Assembly (NCBI GenBank): GCA_045539475.1
Contig: JAZQFJ010000093.1
Coordinates: 3,540-67,539, forward strand
DNA: 64,000 bases
Source of the DNA: Eubacteriales bacterium
GTDB taxonomy: Bacteria; Bacillota; Clostridia; Oscillospirales; JAAYXM01
Direction of reading: 5' to 3'
This document shows positions 53,869 through 60,015 of this stretch, piece after piece. How positions within the stretch are numbered: position 1 is the stretch's first letter; each line of letters starts with the position of its first letter. The notes beneath the pieces were generated by a model that was not told where the DNA came from, ran no database searches, and saw only the letters and a list, made by a program, of their open reading frames with translations. The position numbers and the translations under genes are program-made.

Positions 53869-53897
53869 TTGATTTTTAAGGTGTCGGGTGGTATACT
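53869..53897 (+). promoter_or_regulatory. Candidate internal promoter TTGATT-17-TATACT
   Basis: Read directly in the 110-nt gap before the Wzz gene. Confidence 0.45.
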
Positions 53898-53944
53898 TAT
53901 AATACTGTAAAATGCGCTTTCGCAGGAAGGAAGTTTTAAGACTA

Positions 53945-54664
53945 ATGGAACTGGATCTGAAAAAGACCATATCGGTTCTTTTCTCTAAAATTTGGCTGAT
54001 AGTTGCGGTCACGATGCTCAGTGGCGTGCTTTTTCTGATAAGCAATCTCTTTTTCGTTACCCCTATGTACACGTCCCAGGCACTTCTCTACATATCAAAT
54101 ATGTCGGAGCGCAAGTCTTCCATCGTTACTACCGGTGACGTCAGCGTATCACGTGAGCTTGTCAATACATTCGTTGTTATCCTCAACAGCCGTACCGTTC
54201 TCGACAAGGTTGCAGAGCAGTCGGGGCTCGACTACACCTCAACGGAAATCAAAGGAATGATTTCAGCAGAGGCGGTTTCCTCTACCGAGGTTTTTCGTAT
54301 CTCCGTTACCCACGACGACCCAACGGAGGCACAGATTATTGCGGATACAATCCTCAAGGTCGCGCCGAGTGAGATAAAGCGCGTTATGAATGCGGGTGCT
54401 GTGTCCATTATCGACTACGCAACGCTTCCGCTTTCTCCATCATCTCCGAATATTCCGAGAAATACCGTCCTTGGTGCTATGCTTGGTGCCATGCTTACGG
54501 TTTTCATAATTCTCCTTACGGAAGGGCTTGACAACCGCGTAAAGAGCGAGTTTGTCCTTTCTGAGAACTTTGACCTTCCCATCATCGGCATCGTTCCGTC
54601 ATTTAAGCTTGCGGAGAAGACGCTGTCCGGCGGTAAGGTGAAGCGCAGAAGGAGGGTTGGATAA
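53945..54664 (+). CDS. Polysaccharide chain-length determinant / BY-kinase transmembrane modulator (Wzz, CpsC/CapA-type)
   Basis: Two TM segments flanking an extracellular domain. Basic C-terminus. Overlaps the kinase start by 1 nt. Confidence 0.8.
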   Translation: MELDLKKTISVLFSKIWLIVAVTMLSGVLFLISNLFFVTPMYTSQALLYISNMSERKSSIVTTGDVSVSRELVNTFVVILNSRTVLDKVAEQSGLDYTSTEIKGMISAEAVSSTEVFRISVTHDDPTEAQIIADTILKVAPSEIKRVMNAGAVSIIDYATLPLSPSSPNIPRNTVLGAMLGAMLTVFIILLTEGLDNRVKSEFVLSENFDLPIIGIVPSFKLAEKTLSGGKVKRRRRVG

Positions 54665-55425
54665 TGGGACGTATAAATATCCCCTTTCTTAAAAAGAAGA
54701 AAAAGATCAGTACATATGTAAAAAGTGAGCTTCTTACGGAAAACAGTCCGTTCATTATTAATGAAGCGTACAAATCCATGCGAACAAACCTTATGTTTAT
54801 GCTTTCGGGCAACAAGAAGGTAATCGCGTTTACAAGCTCGGCGGCAAACGAAGGAAAAACAACAACATGCCTCAATACCGCTGTTGCGTTTGCTCAGACC
54901 GGTCACAAGGTTCTTATAATAGATATGGATATGAGAAAACCTCGTGTTCATCGCTATTTTGAAATTCCGTCATCTCCCGGATTTTCTGATAAGCTCGGCG
55001 GCTTCATAAAAGAGCTCCCGATATCGAGAACGGAATATGAAAACCTTTGGGTGTTGCCTGTCGGAACAATTCCGCCAAGCCCGCCGGAGCTTCTTATGAC
55101 CACCATCTTTGACGAGGTTCTCTCGCAGATTCGTGAGGAATATGACTACATATTTATCGACACTCCGCCGATACACGTTGTTACAGACCTTGCGATTATC
55201 GCAAGTAAGCTTGACGGAGTTGTGTTCGTTGTTCGCGAGAACACTGTTGCGTTGGAGGTTGTAAAACAGTCGATAGACAGTCTTGAGCGCGTGGGTGCAA
55301 AAGTCCTTGGGTTTATCTTAAACGATTCTGTCGGTGATTCGCTCTTTACGCAGTACCGATACAGACGTAAGTACAAGGCACGTTACGGCTACACCTATGG
55401 CTACAGCCTTCCATCAAAGGAATAA
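54664..55425 (+). CDS. Tyrosine-protein kinase (BY-kinase catalytic subunit, CpsD/CapB-type)
   Basis: Walker A SSAANEGKTT, A-prime LIIDMDMRKP, Walker B IFIDTPP, C-terminal Tyr cluster YRYRRKYKARYGYTYGY. Confidence 0.9.
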   Translation: MGRINIPFLKKKKKISTYVKSELLTENSPFIINEAYKSMRTNLMFMLSGNKKVIAFTSSAANEGKTTTCLNTAVAFAQTGHKVLIIDMDMRKPRVHRYFEIPSSPGFSDKLGGFIKELPISRTEYENLWVLPVGTIPPSPPELLMTTIFDEVLSQIREEYDYIFIDTPPIHVVTDLAIIASKLDGVVFVVRENTVALEVVKQSIDSLERVGAKVLGFILNDSVGDSLFTQYRYRRKYKARYGYTYGYSLPSKE

Positions 55426-55428
55426 GCG

Positions 55429-56133
55429 ATGTATATTGATTTTCATTCTCACATTTTACCCGGTGCTGACCACGGTTCCGACAGCATAGAGATGAGTCTT
55501 TCTCAGCTTGAGTATGCAGCGGCGGCAGGAGTAAGCACCATTGTTGCCACTCCGCATTTCTACCCGGATGTGGATAATATCCCGGATTTTCTTGTACGCC
55601 GGGAGAAGGCATACGATGAGCTTTGCGCCGCAAATGCGAGCGGAATAAAAATTGTGAAGGCGGCAGAGGTTCAGCTTGGGATAAATCTTGACAAAGAGCC
55701 GGAGCTTAAAAAGCTCTGTATCGGGGAAACGGATTATATTCTCATTGAGTTTCCGCCTGAGCCATGGCCGTGCTGGGTTCTTGACGCAATTACGGGAATT
55801 ATCCGAGACAGACGCCTTCGGCCGGTGTGTGCACACATTGACAGAATATCCCACATCGGACGGGAAAAGATATTAAAGCTGAATATTGACGTTCAGATGA
55901 ACGCCTCGGCACTTCTGGATTCAAGGCGTCACAGAAGATATTATCTTGACCTTATCGCCGACGATGCGGTTCATGTGCTCGGAAGCGACACCCACGGCGA
56001 CGGTAAGATGTCATATAAAGATTTTTCGTATGCAGTAAAGAAAATAGGCAAGATGATGCCGTATCTTACTGCAAACGCAGAAAAAATTATCACGCCGCGT
56101 GACGGTTCGCGGCAAATCAAATTAAGTCTGTAA
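55429..56133 (+). CDS. PHP-family tyrosine-protein phosphatase (CpsB/CapC-type)
   Basis: MYIDFHSHILPGADHGS, TPHF, and LGSDTHG metal-binding motifs. Confidence 0.9.
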   Translation: MYIDFHSHILPGADHGSDSIEMSLSQLEYAAAAGVSTIVATPHFYPDVDNIPDFLVRREKAYDELCAANASGIKIVKAAEVQLGINLDKEPELKKLCIGETDYILIEFPPEPWPCWVLDAITGIIRDRRLRPVCAHIDRISHIGREKILKLNIDVQMNASALLDSRRHRRYYLDLIADDAVHVLGSDTHGDGKMSYKDFSYAVKKIGKMMPYLTANAEKIITPRDGSRQIKLSL

Positions 56134-56191
56134 GGCAAAATTATACATTGCCTGCAATAGGAAAATTTTTTCAAGGAAGGTGTTTAACACT

Positions 56192-58336
56192 ATGAAAAAG
56201 ACAATGAAAATCATGCTTGCAGCAGTTCTCAGCATTGCGATGCTTCTGACCTTCGCTGCAGCAGCAGAAGACACACTCACAAACGCAGGTACGGCTGATC
56301 TTATCTCAGCAACTGCACCCGAAAGCGACACAATTGATGCTCACCACGATGAGCATGCTCTTGATGTCTTTTCCGATGCTCCGTCACAGGACAGCTGGAA
56401 GTATCAGGGTCTTAACTGTGCTGTAAATAACGGCACAATGACAGGTCATGATAACAAAATCCGTCCGGACGATTCTCTCACACGTGCAGAGATGGTAACC
56501 ATGATGGTTCGCGTTCTCGGCGCACACGCAACAAAGGCTGAGATTGAGCATTACGTTGACGTTGTTGCGGATCAGTGGTACTACGAGGCACTTCAGTCCG
56601 GTGTTGCTGTTAAGATTATCAACGGCTCCGGCAACAAGATGATGCCGAACAGCCCCATCACACGTGAGCAGACCTTCACAATTCTTGCCCGTACATTCCT
56701 CTTCTCTTCGAAGAGCGATGCAACAGCAGATTTTGTTGACAACAGCAAGGTTTCTGCATGGGCAAAGAATGCAACAAACGCTCTTATCGATGCTGAAGTT
56801 GTACGCGGCGACAACACAAAGACACTCCGTCCGCAGGACAACGTTACCCGCGCAGAGTTTGCCGCAATGCTTGACCGCGTTGCCTGCCTCTTTGTAAACA
56901 CAAATGCAAGCTACTCCGGCAAGAAGGTTACAGGCAGCCTTATCCTCAACGATGCAACGGCTGACCTTACAGGCGCAGTTATCGAAGGCGACCTCATCAT
57001 CACTGATGCTGTAGGCGCAGAGAATATTGACCTTTCCAATGTTACGGTTACAGGCCGTATCGTTATCCGTGGCGGTGAAATTAACCTCAACGAAGGCACA
57101 ACAGCTGCACAGGTTGTTGTCGGTAATCCGACAAGCGCTTCCAAGGTTACAGCTGCAGAAGGCGTAGAGGTTCCGAAGGTTGTTATCGCTGAAAATGCAA
57201 ACGACGTTGAAATCGACGTTCCGGCTAAGGAAGTCGTTATCGATTCTTCCGAGAACGAAGTTACAATCAATAAGGACGCAGAAGAAGTTACAGTCAACGG
57301 TTCCGACAACACCGTTAAGGTTACAGAGGGAACAAAGGTTGACAGCGTTAAGACCGAAGGTAACAACACAAACGTTGCAGTTGACAAGGGCGCTAAGGTT
57401 GAGAACGTAACGGTTAACGGTGAATCCTCTAAGGTTACAGGCTCCGGTGACGTCGGCAATGCTACAGTCAACGGCTATGACTCCAAGGTTGAGACCCCGA
57501 ACACAAACGTTACAGACAACAGCCCTGCAACAAAGCCGGGTTCTGATGATACAACAAAGCCGAGCACAGGCGATTCCACAACCACACCTGATACAGGTAA
57601 GGATGATGGCAAGACCGAAGGTCCAAACTCCAAGCCGAGTGATTCTAACAACAGTGCATCCCTCCCGAGCGGCAACAAGCCGAGCACACCGAGCACACCA
57701 AGTGCACCGAGTTTAGAATTCGACACGCTCAACAGTTATGTAACTTATCAGATTGGTGAAGGTCAGGAAGAAAAAGCTTTTGGAATGCATTATATCTATG
57801 ACGATTTAATTCCGACGCTCGTATTCGATTTTGGTACTGAATTGGTAGAGCATGAAGAACTTAACGTTGATGCTGCAGATTATGCTGAAGTTAAACTTAA
57901 TGAGCTTAAGGTAGTAGCAAAGGACATTGAAAATGAAGATATCACATCTGTAGGTTCTGTGAGTTTTTATGAAGCAACGGGATTCAAAACCGATGTTGAA
58001 ATCCCGCTCAAAGACATTCTCCAGGCAATGGTAGATTCAACATCTAGGTCTATTGCAGGACTCATTGGAATTGAGACAGATGGAGAAGGCAAGGTAACAA
58101 CTGAAGAGTACACGCTCTTAAAGCTTGCTACAGTTCTCGATGCAGCATGTAATATGTATGTATACGACGAATCAGAAGATAAATGGGTTCAGAATCTCTT
58201 TGCTGATTATGGAATTGAGTGCGCATACGAGGATGTCACTGGTGAGCCTGATCTGAACAGTGCAAAAGCATCGTTCACTGCAAAGATTGATGGCGTTACG
58301 GTTAAGATTACAATGATTATTCCGCGTTTAGACTAA
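56192..58336 (+). CDS. Cell-surface protein: signal peptide, three SLH domains, beta-helix-like short repeats, P/T/S-rich linker, acidic C-terminal domain
   Basis: SLH-like segments (RPDDSLTRAEMVTMMVRVLG; ITREQTFTILARTF; VTRAEFAAMLDRV). Repeat run VTV/VEI... Linker KPSTPSTPSAPS. Confidence 0.85.
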   Translation: MKKTMKIMLAAVLSIAMLLTFAAAAEDTLTNAGTADLISATAPESDTIDAHHDEHALDVFSDAPSQDSWKYQGLNCAVNNGTMTGHDNKIRPDDSLTRAEMVTMMVRVLGAHATKAEIEHYVDVVADQWYYEALQSGVAVKIINGSGNKMMPNSPITREQTFTILARTFLFSSKSDATADFVDNSKVSAWAKNATNALIDAEVVRGDNTKTLRPQDNVTRAEFAAMLDRVACLFVNTNASYSGKKVTGSLILNDATADLTGAVIEGDLIITDAVGAENIDLSNVTVTGRIVIRGGEINLNEGTTAAQVVVGNPTSASKVTAAEGVEVPKVVIAENANDVEIDVPAKEVVIDSSENEVTINKDAEEVTVNGSDNTVKVTEGTKVDSVKTEGNNTNVAVDKGAKVENVTVNGESSKVTGSGDVGNATVNGYDSKVETPNTNVTDNSPATKPGSDDTTKPSTGDSTTTPDTGKDDGKTEGPNSKPSDSNNSASLPSGNKPSTPSTPSAPSLEFDTLNSYVTYQIGEGQEEKAFGMHYIYDDLIPTLVFDFGTELVEHEELNVDAADYAEVKLNELKVVAKDIENEDITSVGSVSFYEATGFKTDVEIPLKDILQAMVDSTSRSIAGLIGIETDGEGKVTTEEYTLLKLATVLDAACNMYVYDESEDKWVQNLFADYGIECAYEDVTGEPDLNSAKASFTAKIDGVTVKITMIIPRLD

Positions 58337-58377
58337 TTAACTAAGATTATTTTTCCATCTTTTCGTGCCCACTTTAC

Positions 58378-58412
58378 GAAACACCCGCGGGGACTTTCCC
58401 CGCGGGTGTTTC
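58378..58412 (+). terminator. GC-rich hairpin after the SLH gene (weak U tract)
   Basis: GAAACACCCGCGGGGA-CTT-TCCCCGCGGGTGTTTC. Confidence 0.5.
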
Positions 58413-58428
58413 GGTGTGTGTTGTGGGC

Positions 58429-58458
58429 TTGACATAGTAAAGTGCTTTGTGCTACAAT
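58429..58458 (+). promoter_or_regulatory. Promoter TTGACA-18-TACAAT for the small-peptide transcript
   Basis: Read directly. Confidence 0.6.
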
Positions 58459-58566
58459 ATAAAAGGTTGGAGACAAGCACAAAGAGAGCTACCACAAACG
58501 GGTAGGCGGTTAGCCCTTTCGTAATCACGGAGGGCATTTTCCCTCCGGAAAGGAGGGCGAGTGCTT

Positions 58567-58653
58567 ATGATGTACATAACCTTGCAGGATTTTCTGCAAA
58601 TTTGTTTGATTGTCATAGCGCTTATTGGTCTGTATTTTCAGACAAAAAAATAA
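58567..58653 (+). CDS. 28-aa hydrophobic peptide, candidate type I toxin (holin-like toxin type)
   Basis: MMYITLQDFLQICLIVIALIGLYFQTKK. AAGGAGGG 9 nt upstream. Below the ORF-track cutoff. Confidence 0.6.
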   Translation: MMYITLQDFLQICLIVIALIGLYFQTKK

Positions 58654-58722
58654 CCGCCCCGGCCAAGGTTCGGTTATTTTGACTGATATCACGGGCTGAC
58701 CGTCTGCCGGTAGCCTCTTTGC
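58641..58722 (-). ncRNA. Predicted ~80-nt antisense RNA (candidate antitoxin) overlapping the peptide ORF 3-prime end
   Basis: Bounded by the minus-strand promoter (58757-58729) and hairpin 58648-58679, followed on the minus strand by seven T. The ends are inferred, not measured. Confidence 0.4.
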
Positions 58723-58728
58723 ATTTAT

Positions 58729-58757
58729 ATTATATATTGATACGGTTGATTTGTCAA
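58729..58757 (-). promoter_or_regulatory. Consensus promoter TTGACA-17-TATAAT on the minus strand, facing the peptide ORF
   Basis: Plus-strand TGTCAA at 58752-58757 and ATTATA at 58729-58734. Confidence 0.55.
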
Positions 58758-58767
58758 CCGTTTTTTC
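58742..58767 (+). terminator. Rho-independent terminator (plus strand)
   Basis: ACGGTTGA-TTTG-TCAACCGT followed by TTTTTT. Confidence 0.6.
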
Positions 58768-58806
58768 TTTGCAAAATAAACAATTCGAGAGTAACACTCT
58801 CTCCTG

Positions 58807-59010
58807 CTAATTTATCCCAAATGTAATTATCTCAGAAATATCGCAATTTAGCGCCGTGCATATTTTGTCTAATACATAGCTGTCGTATCGCGTTACTTTG
58901 TTTTTAAAGTATTTGTCTATTATCTGATATTGAATGCCCGTGTCTTTTGCAAGCTGATATCTGCTTATTCCTTCTCTAATCAGTTTTTCATCAAGTGTCA
59001 GTTTTACCAT
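58807..59010 (-). CDS. Small XRE/Cro-type HTH protein (67 aa)
   Basis: MVKLTLDEKLIREGISRYQLAKDTGIQYQIIDKYF. GGAGG 8 nt upstream of ATG 59010. Confidence 0.8.
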   Translation of the reverse strand: MVKLTLDEKLIREGISRYQLAKDTGIQYQIIDKYFKNKVTRYDSYVLDKICTALNCDISEIITFGIN

Positions 59011-59033
59011 AATTCCCGCCTCCGGTATGTGTT

Positions 59034-59255
59034 TTAACCGCGGTTCTTCCCGGTGTTTTTTAATCCAAGAACATAATCTGCAGAAACGTTGTAAAATTTG
59101 CATAAAGTAATCAAATGACGAATAGGCATCTCGTTAACACCGTTTTCATACCGCGAGTAGACCTGTTGTGTTGTGTCAAGAATTTCTGCAATTTTTTGCT
59201 GAGACAGGTCTCTGTCCTCGCGGAGCTCCTTGATAATTTCATAATATGTTTTCAT
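59034..59255 (-). CDS. Small XRE-type HTH protein (73 aa)
   Basis: LREDRDLSQQKIAEILDTTQQVYSRYENG. Confidence 0.8.
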   Translation of the reverse strand: MKTYYEIIKELREDRDLSQQKIAEILDTTQQVYSRYENGVNEMPIRHLITLCKFYNVSADYVLGLKNTGKNRG

Positions 59256-59281
59256 AGTCAGTCACCTCAAAAACATATTAC

Positions 59282-59303
59282 AATACACCGTATCAGGTGT
59301 ATT
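59282..59303. promoter_or_regulatory. Perfect palindrome AATACACC-GTATCA-GGTGTATT, candidate XRE operator
   Basis: Lies in the divergent region and overlaps the -35 of the plus-strand promoter. A half-site-like GGTGTAT recurs at 59321-59327. Confidence 0.5.
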
Positions 59304-59330
59304 GAATTTACATCACATCTGGTGTATAAT
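59302..59330 (+). promoter_or_regulatory. Promoter TTGAAT-17-TATAAT for the SLOG-like gene
   Basis: Read directly. Confidence 0.5.
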
Positions 59331-59352
59331 ATTTTCTGAGGAGATGATAAAT

Positions 59353-59793
59353 ATGCGAGTTTGTACATTTTTCGGGCATCGGGAAACACCGGAGGAGGTA
59401 AAGGAGAAATTATCCTCTGCGATTGAAGATTTAATAGTAAACTGCGGTGTAGATACATTTTATATGGGATGCGAGGGTAAATTTGATGCATATGCCCGCG
59501 CGGCAGTGAAAGAATTGTTGAAGAAATATCCACATATAAAATATAACGCAGTTCTTGCATATGTGCCGTCTGAAAAAAGGTATAGTGAATATATGGATTA
59601 TTCCGATACAATTGTTTTTGACGGAATAGAAAAAAGCCATCCGAGATACGCGATAGCATCGCGCAACGAATGGATGATAAAGAAGTCAGAATATGCAATT
59701 ACATATATTAAATATCCTGTCGGTGGAGCATATAAATACGCCGAAGCCATGAAAAGAAAAGGCAAAACCGTAATAAACCTTGCGGATGTGTAG
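59353..59793 (+). CDS. SLOG-superfamily / DUF1273-like protein (146 aa)
   Basis: MRVCTFFGHRE N-terminus is typical of the Clostridial YpsA/DUF1273-like family. GAGGAG 9 nt upstream of ATG 59353. Confidence 0.55.
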   Translation: MRVCTFFGHRETPEEVKEKLSSAIEDLIVNCGVDTFYMGCEGKFDAYARAAVKELLKKYPHIKYNAVLAYVPSEKRYSEYMDYSDTIVFDGIEKSHPRYAIASRNEWMIKKSEYAITYIKYPVGGAYKYAEAMKRKGKTVINLADV

Positions 59794-60015
59794 TTTTGCA
59801 GGATTTATTTGTGAGTACTTGAAGTTTGCGGTGCCATAGTGGAAATCCCGCAAATATCCGGTATATGTATGTCGCCTTTCGCGCCAAGCGTGGGTTTCAA
59901 AGGGGTTCGCAAGAGAACCCCTTTGAGAAAGCCCCGCCCGGCAGGGCAAGAACTTTGCGGCCTGCCGCAAGTGTAGAAAAAGGAAGGCTTCTACAGGAAA
60001 AAAAATTTGCTATAT

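Noticed and set aside
58337-58797. Minus-strand ORFs of 66 and 90 aa covering the toxin-like locus
   Set aside because: They have no RBS, run through terminator hairpins and promoter hexamers, and their composition looks non-protein-like. The small-ORF plus antisense-RNA reading explains the signals better.
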